From an uncultured Chloroflexia bacterium (GTDB taxonomy: Bacteria; Chloroflexota; Limnocylindria; Limnocylindrales; CSP1-4), in NCBI GenBank assembly GCA_963813535.1, contig CAWEZH010000002.1, forward strand, positions 800,001 through 864,000: 64,000 nucleotides of DNA. Reading direction: 5' to 3'. Under the pieces are notes generated by a model. It had not been told where the DNA came from. It saw only the letters and a program-made list of their open reading frames with translations, and searched no databases. A program made the position numbers and the translations under genes. Every line of letters starts with the position of its first letter. Within the stretch, counting starts at the first letter, position 1. Positions 33,725 to 42,018 of this stretch are shown here, piece by piece.

Positions 33725-34570
33725 CTATCGCGCGCGGCGGCGCGGGCGCAACCGTTCGATGCGGAGCGACCGTCCGCCGGCCGCCAGGAGCAGCGGCATG
33801 ACGATCACGATGCCCTCGTCCCGGTCATCGTCGTCGTCGTCGTCATCGCCGTCGCGGTCCTTGTCCTTGTCCTTGTCCTTATCCCGGTCGTGGTCCTTGT
33901 CCTTGTCGCGGTCGTGGTCGCGGTCCTTGTCCTTGTCGCGGTCCTTGTCCTTGTCCCGGTCGTGGTGGTCGTTGTCGTCGTCGTCCTTGTCCCGGTCGTG
34001 GTGGTCCTTGTCGTCGTCGTCCTTGCCGTCATGGTCATCATCGCCGGGACGCGCCGTCGGCCACGGGGTCGGCTGAGGCGCAGCCGTCGGCTTGGCCGTT
34101 GGCGCCGGGGTCGCGATGGCGGTCGGCGCAGGGGTCGGCTTGGCGGTCGGTGCGGCGGTGGGTCGGGCGGTCGGAGCGGCGGTCCGGGTCGGTCGTGGGG
34201 CGGCCGGTGGGTTCACCACCGGGTTCACCGCCGGTCGCGTCGTCGAAGCCGGCCGGACCGGGCGCGGTGTCGGTGTGGGCTGGAGTCGCGTCGGGGCGCT
34301 CGGTGCCGGGGACGGAGTCGGTGCGACGACCGACGTCGTGGGCGTCGGTGTGGCAAGGCCAGATGTGGGCGTGGAGATCGCCGGGGCACGTCCTGTCGGG
34401 GTCGCCGTCGGGGCCGGGGTCGGCGGCTCGACGACGGCGACCAGCGGCGGGGAGGACGCTGCGGACCGCTGCTGGAGTCCGACGCCGCCGATGCCGAGTG
34501 CGATCGTCGCGAGGGCAAGATTCAGGACGCCAAGGCTCAGGACGAGTCTGGCGCGCTGAGCGTCGGTCAC
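33725..34570 (-). CDS. Membrane-anchored low-complexity protein (Pro/Thr/Ala stalk plus Asp/Lys/His/Arg repeat)
   Basis: N-terminal TM helix, PTAAPT repeats, [10 protein letters not shown] tract, hydrophobic segment and Arg-rich C-terminal tail. Confidence 0.65.
   Translation of the reverse strand: MTDAQRARLVLSLGVLNLALATIALGIGGVGLQQRSAASSPPLVAVVEPPTPAPTATPTGRAPAISTPTSGLATPTPTTSVVAPTPSPAPSAPTRLQPTPTPRPVRPASTTRPAVNPVVNPPAAPRPTRTAAPTARPTAAPTAKPTPAPTAIATPAPTAKPTAAPQPTPWPTARPGDDDHDGKDDDDKDHHDRDKDDDDNDHHDRDKDKDRDKDKDRDHDRDKDKDHDRDKDKDKDKDRDGDDDDDDDDRDEGIVIVMPLLLAAGGRSLRIERLRPRRRAR
33815..34042. repeat. Coding tandem microsatellite-like repeat (gtcctt/gtcgcg/gtcgtg units)
   Basis: Visible hexamer tandem repeats encoding DK/DR/DH dipeptides on the minus strand. 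Confidence 0.85.
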
Positions 34571-34648
34571 GGCGATATGGGAACTCCGTCGATCCGGGGG
34601 GGCGGGTCTGGGAGACCCAATGGTACCAAGGCTGGTGCTCGGTCCGCC

Positions 34649-35278
34649 CTAGGCGAGATTCCGTATTGCGACGGGCAGGTATCGTGCGGGACCGCCTCCG
34701 GTGACGCTCTCGAACAGTCCGATGCGGTCCACGCGGACCGGGATCCGACGCTCGGCGACGGCCGCGCCGAGGCGTTCCGCGATGAGCCGTCCGGCCGCGA
34801 CGCCGTCCGAACGGGCGAGCGTGAGGTGGGCCCGGAATGGTCGATCCGTGCGCGCCCACCCCCGGCGAGCAAGCTCCGAATCGGTCGTGGCCGCGAGTCG
34901 TTCGAGGTGTTCGGTCGCGGTCTCGACACCGATCCACAGAGCCCGCGGCCGGCCTCCGGCCGGGAACGTGCCAGAACCGGCGAGCTCGAGCTCGATCGGA
35001 CCCTCCGTCGATGCTGCCGCGGCTTCGACGGCTTCGATCGCTGCCGGGATACGTGCCTCGTCCGTCGGTCCGAGGAAGCGCATCGTCAGGTGCAGACCGT
35101 CGAGGCGCACCCAGCGCACATCGCGCGCCCCCGCGGGGAGAGGTTCGGCGCGGACCGAGCCGACGATCGCACCGACTTCATCGACCGCCGCTTCGGGGAG
35201 GGGCACGGCGATGAACAGACGGGGCTCGGAAGGCGCCCCGCGCGCGTCGGCGGCGAGCGGGTCCCGGCCGTCCCTCAC
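34649..35278 (-). CDS. thpR: RNA 2',3'-cyclic phosphodiesterase (2H family)
   Basis: RLFIAV, HLTMRFLG and HLTLAR 2H motifs; GTGA overlap with ppa. Confidence 0.9.
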   Translation of the reverse strand: MRDGRDPLAADARGAPSEPRLFIAVPLPEAAVDEVGAIVGSVRAEPLPAGARDVRWVRLDGLHLTMRFLGPTDEARIPAAIEAVEAAAASTEGPIELELAGSGTFPAGGRPRALWIGVETATEHLERLAATTDSELARRGWARTDRPFRAHLTLARSDGVAAGRLIAERLGAAVAERRIPVRVDRIGLFESVTGGGPARYLPVAIRNLA

Positions 35279-35802
35279 CCGGGCTGGGCGACGGCGTCGC
35301 GCTCCCGCAGCCACGCCGCCCGGTCGTCCCGCAGCACCTGGAGGGCCGCGTCGTGGTCACGCCACCCGACGACGTCGACGGCCTTGTCCTCGAGCATCTT
35401 GTACGTCTGGAAGAAGTGCTCGATCTCGACGAGGCGATGAGGCCGGACCTGGTCGAGGCGCTCGATGTGCTGCTGATGGGAGTCACCGAGGGCGACGCAC
35501 AGGACCTTGAAATCGAACCCCTTCTCGTCGCGCATCTCGAGGCCGCCGATCGGGCGCGCCCAGACGTGACAGCCGGTGAACGTCGGCTCATCGATGACGA
35601 GCAGCGCATCGGTGTGGTCGCCATCACCGGCGCGCGTCCCCTCGATGAAGCCGTAGTCGAAGTTGTAGAACACCGCACTGCTGAGAACGCGATCGAGGCG
35701 GAAGACGCCGGCTTCCTCGTCGAACTCGTACTTGTTGCGTGAGCCACGCGGGATCTCGACGACGATCTCGATCACATCGGGGTATTCGCCGGGGCTGCGC
35801 AT
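35275..35802 (-). CDS. ppa: Inorganic pyrophosphatase family I
   Basis: EIP.GSRNKYE, LDRVL, YGFI, DGDHTD, D.KVLCV, HFF.TYK.LE. Confidence 0.92.
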   Translation of the reverse strand: MRSPGEYPDVIEIVVEIPRGSRNKYEFDEEAGVFRLDRVLSSAVFYNFDYGFIEGTRAGDGDHTDALLVIDEPTFTGCHVWARPIGGLEMRDEKGFDFKVLCVALGDSHQQHIERLDQVRPHRLVEIEHFFQTYKMLEDKAVDVVGWRDHDAALQVLRDDRAAWLRERDAVAQPG

Positions 35803-35905
35803 ATGGCGAGTGTAGGCGCGGCGGGTCGCGTCGGCGGATCAGTCGTCGTAGAGAGGCGAGTCCTCCGACCCGATGCGCTCCGCAGAGCGCGCACGGACCT
35901 CGTTC

Positions 35906-36025
35906 GTCGGCGGATCAGGCGGTGTCAGCGCAAGGCGGAGCCGAGTACCGGAGCGAGCGCACCCACGGTGCGTGAGCGACGGGCGCAGGCGACAACGCGG
36001 CGATGGCGCCGCATCATCCGCCGAC
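35906..36025. mobile_element. MITE/REP-like 120-bp palindromic intergenic element
   Basis: 26-bp imperfect terminal inverted repeats (35906-35931 and 36000-36025, 21/26 identical) with an internal hairpin CGCACC-CAC-GGTGCG. Confidence 0.55.
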
Positions 36026-37159
36026 TCAGTCGTTGTAGAGACGTTCCTCGATCAACTTCTCCTGCACGGTCCGACCGTTCGGGTCGAAGCAGGAGAACTC
36101 GAAGTGCTTCTCGAACTCGAGGTCCACGTTGTCCTGGCCACCACGGTTCTTCTCGACCGACACCACGACCCAGTCCCGGAAGCGCTGCGCCTGGTACGGA
36201 TTGAACTCGATGTTGACCTTGGCGACGATGTGGTACTTCTCGTTCAGGATCAGGATGATGTCGGCCTCGTAGTTGATCGCCGACGAGCCGCGCAAGTGGA
36301 AGTTGCGCAGGCGCGAGGCCTTGAGGCCCTCCTTGTCGGCCGCCACGATCGACACCATCGGGACGTCCTCGGACAGCGCGATGTCCTTGAGGCCGTTGAC
36401 GATGAAGGTGACCTTCTCCGACTCGTTCTCCGGCTCGGGGACCTGGGGCACCTTCTGCATGTAGTCGACGAAGACGACGAGTCGCCGGTCGCCCGAGAGC
36501 GCGCGATGCTGCTGGACGAGCTTGCGGACGTTGTCGATGGTGCTGGCGGTCTGCGAGCCGCGGAGCAGGAACAGGTTCTGCCCGTAGCGCGCGATGCGAT
36601 CGAGCGACGGCCGGAGACGCGGGTTGTTGGCGAGCTGCGGGCTCGCGGCACCCTCGGCCATCCACGTGCCGAGGATCTCCTTGCGCACGTCCTGGATCTT
36701 GATCGCGCCGGTCTTGTGGGGCAGGTGCGCCAAGGCCGACTCCATCGCGATGAGGCGATTCATCAGGTACGCCTCGTCGTGCTCGAAGCACAGGTAGAGG
36801 ACGTTGGCCTGCCCGCCCGACGCGATGTTGCGCGCCATCTGGAGCGCCATCGTCGTCTTGCCGGTGCCCTGGGCGCCACCGATGAGCAGCAGCTCGCCGG
36901 CTCGCAGCCCGGTGCCGATCGTCTTGTCGAGGGGGGTGAAGCCCAGTGGAACGGGCTGGTACTCGGCTAGGTTGCCGGTCGTCACGCGCTCGTTGAGGTC
37001 GACGAGCACGTCGAGCGCAGACCTCGGCGCCATGCTCCCGTTGTCGGTATCGAGCCGCCACCCACGCGCGGCGGGCGCAGGCGCGACGTTGGCTTCAGTT
37101 TCGAGATCGGTGCTCACGCGGTCGGATCCTCCCCGGAGGGCGGCGCTCTTGGCGCTCAT
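36026..37159 (-). CDS. Stand-alone DnaB-like (SF4/RecA-fold) ATPase, C-terminal domain only
   Basis: GF..LD, GELLLIGGAQGTGKT, VDYMQ, LRGSSAI.YEAD, VEKNRGG; no DnaB N-terminal domain. Confidence 0.8.
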   Translation of the reverse strand: MSAKSAALRGGSDRVSTDLETEANVAPAPAARGWRLDTDNGSMAPRSALDVLVDLNERVTTGNLAEYQPVPLGFTPLDKTIGTGLRAGELLLIGGAQGTGKTTMALQMARNIASGGQANVLYLCFEHDEAYLMNRLIAMESALAHLPHKTGAIKIQDVRKEILGTWMAEGAASPQLANNPRLRPSLDRIARYGQNLFLLRGSQTASTIDNVRKLVQQHRALSGDRRLVVFVDYMQKVPQVPEPENESEKVTFIVNGLKDIALSEDVPMVSIVAADKEGLKASRLRNFHLRGSSAINYEADIILILNEKYHIVAKVNIEFNPYQAQRFRDWVVVSVEKNRGGQDNVDLEFEKHFEFSCFDPNGRTVQEKLIEERLYND

Positions 37160-37195
37160 GGACGAAATCTAGGGCAGTGGCGGGTCTAGACCGTA

Positions 37196-38620
37196 TCACC
37201 CATCCGTACTGCGCCGGTCCGGACCTGTCTCATCGAGAGCGGCGATCTCATCGAACGTGCCGACGATCGTCCGGATGGCGCCCTCGTAGTTCCGGAGGTC
37301 GAACCACTCGTTCGGCGCGTGGGCGAGGTCGTTCGGCTGGGTGAAGCCTTCGAGCACGACCGGCAGGCCCAGGATCGCCTGGAAGCTGGCGGCGATCGGG
37401 ATCGAGCCACCGGAATTGATGAGGACGGGTGCGCGACCGAATACCGCCTCCAGGGCCCGCGCCGCCGCACCGACGAACGGGTGATCGATGGGTGTCCTGG
37501 TGGCACGACCCATCCCCAGCGGGGTGACGGTGACGTCGACACCGGGCGGGGCGATCTCCTCGACGAAGGCCTTGAACTTCTCGAACACGTCATTCGGTTC
37601 CTGGTCGGCGACGAGTCGCGTACTGATCTTCGCGTGGGCGGTCGCCGGGATGATCGTCTTCGAGCCTTCGCCCTGGAAGCCACCCCAGATGCCGTTGACG
37701 TCGAGCGTCGGCCGAACCGACTTCCGCTCCAGGGTCGAGTAACCCGACTCACCGACCAGAGCAGGTACGCCGGTCTCGACTCGGAACGCCTCTTCATCGA
37801 ACGGCAGCGCAGCGATGGCCTCCCGCTCGGAATCGGTCGACGCGACGACGTCGTCGTAGAAGCCCGGGATGCGGATCCGACCGTCCGCTCCCTTCAGCGC
37901 AGCGATGATCTGGGCGAGGGCGACCACCGGATTGGCGACGGCGCCTCCGTAGCTCCCCGAATGGAGGTCGATCGCGCCGAGGCGGACGTCGATCTGCGCA
38001 TACATCAGGCCGCGCAGCGAGACCGTGATCGCCGGGACGTTGCCCTCGAAGAAGCCCGTGTCGCTGATGATCGCGGCGTCGGCACCCAGGCGTTCACGGT
38101 TGGCCGTCAGCCATGGATCGAGGTGGACGCTCGAGCTCTCCTCCTCGCCCTCGAAGACGTACCGGACGTTGACGGGCAGGCTGCCGCGGGTCGCGAGCAG
38201 GGTCGCCGCCGCGACGACGTGGGCGTGGATCTGGCCCTTGTCATCGGCCGAACCCCGACCGATGAGCCGCTCGCCATCGACCACGGGCTCGAACGGCTCC
38301 GTGCGCCACTCGTCGAGGGGGTCGACGGGCTGGACGTCGTAGTGACCGTAGACGATCACCGTGGGCGCGCCCTCGGCGTGGAGCCAGTCGCCGTAGACGA
38401 TCGGGTGGCCGCCGGTCTCGCTGACATCGACGTTCTCGATACCGGCGGAACGGAGCTCGTCGGCGAGCCACTCGGCCGCGCGACGGACGTCGGGAGCGTG
38501 CTCGGGCAGGGCCGAGATGCTCGGGATGCGGAGGAACGCCTTGAGTCGCTCCAGGCGCTCGTCGCGGTGCGCGTCGAGGTACGACTCGAGCTCGGCAGGG
38601 TCAGCGATACGGTCGGACAT
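37196..38620 (-). CDS. M20 family dipeptidase
   Basis: YGHYDVQP, GRGSADDKG, EGEEE, DLHSG, HAPNE. Confidence 0.92.
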   Translation of the reverse strand: MSDRIADPAELESYLDAHRDERLERLKAFLRIPSISALPEHAPDVRRAAEWLADELRSAGIENVDVSETGGHPIVYGDWLHAEGAPTVIVYGHYDVQPVDPLDEWRTEPFEPVVDGERLIGRGSADDKGQIHAHVVAAATLLATRGSLPVNVRYVFEGEEESSSVHLDPWLTANRERLGADAAIISDTGFFEGNVPAITVSLRGLMYAQIDVRLGAIDLHSGSYGGAVANPVVALAQIIAALKGADGRIRIPGFYDDVVASTDSEREAIAALPFDEEAFRVETGVPALVGESGYSTLERKSVRPTLDVNGIWGGFQGEGSKTIIPATAHAKISTRLVADQEPNDVFEKFKAFVEEIAPPGVDVTVTPLGMGRATRTPIDHPFVGAAARALEAVFGRAPVLINSGGSIPIAASFQAILGLPVVLEGFTQPNDLAHAPNEWFDLRNYEGAIRTIVGTFDEIAALDETGPDRRSTDG

Positions 38621-38684
38621 GGGCCGGAAGTCTATCGGCGGGCGCCGCGGGGCGTTGAGTCAGTGGTAAGCGTTCGCCTCCACG

Positions 38685-39392
38685 ATGTCGTCCGTGGCCG
38701 AGTCACGGATCTCCCGCGCGGATCGGCGGGCGAGGACCATCGGCGAACGCGTCGGCTTGGAGTTGCGCCAAGCGCGACTCATCGCTGGACTCACCCTCAC
38801 GCGGGTGGCAGGTGCCGTTCGCCTGTCGGCGAGCGAGGTCAGCCGGATCGAGCGCGGTCGTGCCGCCTGGGTGGATGTGCCCACGCTCGCCCGACTTGCG
38901 GCGGTCGTCGGGCTCGACCTTTGGGTGCGCCTCTACCCCGGCGGGGAGCCCCTGCGCGACATGGCGCACCTCGCTCTCACCGATGCCTTTCGCGCGATGG
39001 TCGGGCCGGGGCTGATCGTCCGGGCCGAGGTCCCGATCGGGGATCCACGTGACCTGCGCGCGTGGGATCTCACTCTCACGGATCGACGATCCGGGTGCTG
39101 CGGGGTCGAGCTCGAGACCCGGCTGGTCGATGCTCAGGATCAGGCACGTCGAGTAGCGCGCAAGGCCGGCGATTCCGGATCCGAGCGGGTCCTCCTGGTC
39201 GTCGCTGACAGCCGAGCCAACCGGGCTGCCGTCCAGGCCGCGGCGCCCCTGCTCTCAGCGACCTTCGCGATCGACGATCCGGCGGCCTACGACGCCCTGG
39301 CTCGGGGTGACGTGCCACCGCGGGACGCGCTCATCCTTGTGAAGGTGCCGCGGCCGCGCCGGAGGCACCCATTGCCGTCGCACGGCAGCTGA
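38685..39392 (+). CDS. XRE-family HTH protein fused to a PD-(D/E)xK-like nuclease-fold domain
   Basis: LRQAR..AGLT..VA..VRLS.SEVSRIERG HTH, then EV...RAWDL...VELETRL. Only plus-strand gene in a long minus-strand tract. Confidence 0.7.
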   Translation: MSSVAESRISRADRRARTIGERVGLELRQARLIAGLTLTRVAGAVRLSASEVSRIERGRAAWVDVPTLARLAAVVGLDLWVRLYPGGEPLRDMAHLALTDAFRAMVGPGLIVRAEVPIGDPRDLRAWDLTLTDRRSGCCGVELETRLVDAQDQARRVARKAGDSGSERVLLVVADSRANRAAVQAAAPLLSATFAIDDPAAYDALARGDVPPRDALILVKVPRPRRRHPLPSHGS

Positions 39393-39629
39393 CGACGCGT
39401 TCGGCCTCGTTAGCGTCGTCCTTTGCCGCACCACGGTAGAAACACGCTCCGGTTGCCGCTCCACGGCATGCTAGCGGGCATAGCGAGCCACCGGCGTCGC
39501 CAGCTGCCGCCCCACGGCAACGACGGCCAGTCTCACGGACACAGCGGTCGATCGTTGCCGCCCCACGGCCGGTCAGGCGGCACTCCACGGCAATGCAGGC
39601 GGCGCGGCCGCCGGCCGGCGCCACGGCGC
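39372..39629. repeat. Array of 17-bp palindromic repeats TTGCCG-CNCCA-CGGCA(A) with unique spacers
   Basis: Copies start at 39372, 39423, 39453, 39504 and 39555, with degenerate copies at 39577 and 39613. Spacers between the first five copies are 34, 13, 34 and 34 nt. Confidence 0.8.
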
Positions 39630-39663
39630 GACGCAGGCGGCACGGCCACAGCCCCGGAATCGA

Positions 39664-39692
39664 ACGAGCGGGCCGGAGTTCGGCCCGCTCGT
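39664..39692 (-). terminator. Hairpin, probable ftsH terminator (possibly bidirectional)
   Basis: Perfect 12-bp stem ACGAGCGGGCCG-gagtt-CGGCCCGCTCGT about 60 bp after the ftsH stop; weak U-tract. Confidence 0.65.
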
Positions 39693-39751
39693 CGCGGCGT
39701 ACGTGTTCTGGAGGCCCTTCGACGCCGTGGTGGCGCCGGATCAGCAGCCGG

Positions 39752-41659
39752 TCAGGCCGGCTGCGGGTTGGGCTCGGGGATCGGCTGTCCTGGTCCGATG
39801 ACCGATGGCACGCCGCTGTCGGTGGACTTCGGTGGCAGGTCCGTGAAGAGCGTCTCGAACCCTTCGGCGTCGACGGTCTCCTCGGCCACGAGCTTCTCGG
39901 CAAGGGCCACGAGGCGGTCGCGGTGGGTCGTCAGGACCTCCGTCGCTCGCTCGTACGCCTTGTCGATGATGGCGCGGACTTCCTCGTCGATCTGCTTCGC
40001 GATCTCGTCGCTGTAGTTGCGCTGCTCGCCGATCTCGCGGCCGAGGAAGACCAGCTCGTCGCGCTTCCCGAAGGACAGCGGGCCGAGCTTGTCGCTCATG
40101 CCGAACTCGGTGACCATGCGCCGCGCGAGGTCGGTCGCCTTCTCGATGTCATTGCTGGCACCGGTCGTGGTGTCTCCGAAGATGAGTCGTTCGGCGACAT
40201 TGCCGCCGAGCAGGCCCGCGATCTTGTCCTCGAACTCGGTCTTGGACTGCAGATAGCGGTCCTCCTGGGGCAACGCCATCGTATAGCCGAGGGCCATGCC
40301 GCGGCTGATGATCGTCACCTTGCTGACCGGGTCGCACTTCGGCAGGATCCGCTGGACCACGGCGTGACCACCCTCGTGGTAGGCGATGATCGCCTTCTCG
40401 GCATCCGAGATGACGCGTGACTTGCGCTCCGGTCCGGCCACGATCCGCTCCAGGGCCTCCTGGAACTCGGACATGCCGATGACCTTCTTGTTGCGACGGG
40501 CCGAGAGGATCGCCGCCTCATTCACGAGGTTGGCGAGGTCGGCGCCCGAGAAACCCGGCGACTGTCGCGCGACGCCGGCGACGTCGACGCCCTTGTCGAG
40601 CGGCTTGCCCTTGGTGTGCACGTTCAGGATCTCGACACGACCCTTCATGTCCGGGCGGTCGAGGATGACCTGGCGGTCGAAGCGGCCGGGCCGCAGGAGC
40701 GCCGGATCGAGCACGTCGGGCCGGTTCGTGGCTGCGACGACGATGACGTTCGTGTTCGTATCGAAGCCATCCATCTCGACGAGGATCTGGTTGAGGGTCT
40801 GCTCGCGCTCGTCATGGCTGCCGCCCAGGCCGGCGCCGCGCTGGCGTCCGACCGCGTCGATCTCGTCGACGAAGACGATGCACGGCGAATTGCGCTTGGC
40901 CTGGTCGAACAGGTCGCGGACGCGGCTGGCGCCGACGCCGACGAACATCTCGACGAACTCCGAGCCCGAGATGCTGAAGAACGGCACGCCCGCCTCACCG
41001 GCGACCGCGCGAGCCATCAGCGTCTTGCCGGTGCCCGGAGGGCCGACGAGCAGCACGCCACGCGGGATGCGCGCGCCGAGCGAGTTGAACTTCTCGGGGA
41101 ACTTCAGGAACTCGACGACCTCCTGGAGCTCGGTCTTGGCCTCGTCGACGCCGGCCACATCGGCGAACGTCACCACGGTCTTGTTGCCGAGGAACATCCG
41201 CGCGCGGCTCTTGCCGAACGAGAGGGCCTGGTTATTCGTGCCCTGCGCCTGGCGCATCATGAAGAAGATGAAGCCGCCGATGATCAGCAGTGGCAATACG
41301 GCGGTGAGCAGCAGGCCCAGCCACGACGTGTCGGGCGCGGGGGTCGCCTGGAAGATGTTGTCCGGCAACGGCTTGCCGCCCTTGTCGGCGGCCGCCAGCA
41401 TGTCGGGGAACACCTGGGTCAGGACCGTGGGGACGATGACCGTATAGGTGGTGGGCGGTTGGTCGTTCCGTTCGACCGTCAGCGTCGTGCCCTGCTGGGT
41501 GACCTTGGCGATCTTGCCCTGGCTAACCTCGGCCAGGAACTGGGAATAGCCGGTGTTGGTCGGCTGGCCTGTGGTCGTGATCCATGTGAACAGCAGTGCT
41601 GCCGTGCCGACCACAAGCACGAGCATCACGATGCCGTTCCGGAAGAACTTGGGGTTCAA
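39752..41659 (-). CDS. ftsH: ATP-dependent zinc metalloprotease FtsH
   Basis: Two TM helices, [26 protein letters not shown]; TTG start with GGAGG SD. Confidence 0.97.
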   Translation of the reverse strand: MNPKFFRNGIVMLVLVVGTAALLFTWITTTGQPTNTGYSQFLAEVSQGKIAKVTQQGTTLTVERNDQPPTTYTVIVPTVLTQVFPDMLAAADKGGKPLPDNIFQATPAPDTSWLGLLLTAVLPLLIIGGFIFFMMRQAQGTNNQALSFGKSRARMFLGNKTVVTFADVAGVDEAKTELQEVVEFLKFPEKFNSLGARIPRGVLLVGPPGTGKTLMARAVAGEAGVPFFSISGSEFVEMFVGVGASRVRDLFDQAKRNSPCIVFVDEIDAVGRQRGAGLGGSHDEREQTLNQILVEMDGFDTNTNVIVVAATNRPDVLDPALLRPGRFDRQVILDRPDMKGRVEILNVHTKGKPLDKGVDVAGVARQSPGFSGADLANLVNEAAILSARRNKKVIGMSEFQEALERIVAGPERKSRVISDAEKAIIAYHEGGHAVVQRILPKCDPVSKVTIISRGMALGYTMALPQEDRYLQSKTEFEDKIAGLLGGNVAERLIFGDTTTGASNDIEKATDLARRMVTEFGMSDKLGPLSFGKRDELVFLGREIGEQRNYSDEIAKQIDEEVRAIIDKAYERATEVLTTHRDRLVALAEKLVAEETVDAEGFETLFTDLPPKSTDSGVPSVIGPGQPIPEPNPQPA

Positions 41660-41884
41660 CGAGAAGCCTCCGGGTGAAGTGAGCGACCACGAAGCGCCGC
41701 CACGTGTCGCGAGTATACCGTCGAGGGCCCGCCAGACCCCCTGACCGAGGTCATGCCCTCGATCATCCCTACGGACGATCGCAGCCGACGGATGGCGACG
41801 GCAGCGAACGTCAAGAAATCGAAACGAGTCCGCGATCGATCGTCGGGCCGGGGAGACGCCGACGCGTCGCGGTGTGACGAGGCG

Positions 41885-41959
41885 TGGTAGCGGAGGGCGG
41901 ATTCGAACCACCGGCCAAGGGCTTATGAGTCCCCTGCTCTACCACTGAGCTACTCCGCC
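41885..41959 (-). tRNA. tRNA with CAU anticodon (elongator Met favoured; Ile2 not excluded)
   Basis: GGCGGAG TAGCTCAGTGGTAGAGC A GGGGA CTCATAA GCCCT TGGCC GGTGG TTCGAAT CCGCC CTCCGCT ACCA. G1-U72 is paired, so not initiator; CCA is encoded. Confidence 0.93.
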
Positions 41960-42018
41960 GTGGGCCGGGATTCTAGCTTCGATATCGGCGGACCGCACGG
42001 GATCGGTCGATGCGTGCC

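Noticed and set aside
33815-34042. Tandem repeat as a non-coding array
   Set aside because: In-frame codon repeats within a CDS, with no spacers.
39372-39629. Canonical CRISPR call for the repeat array
   Set aside because: Repeats are only 17 bp, variable, with one 13-nt spacer, and no cas genes or leader are present. Reported as an unclassified array instead.
39423-40016. ORF reading the repeats as LPxHG (sortase-like) peptides
   Set aside because: Spacings are multiples of 3, but two stops separate it from the HTH gene, it runs antisense into ftsH and it has junk composition. A decayed coding origin is not fully excluded.
41660-41959. tRNA as a genomic-island integration site
   Set aside because: No duplicated tRNA 3' end or adjacent integrase seen.
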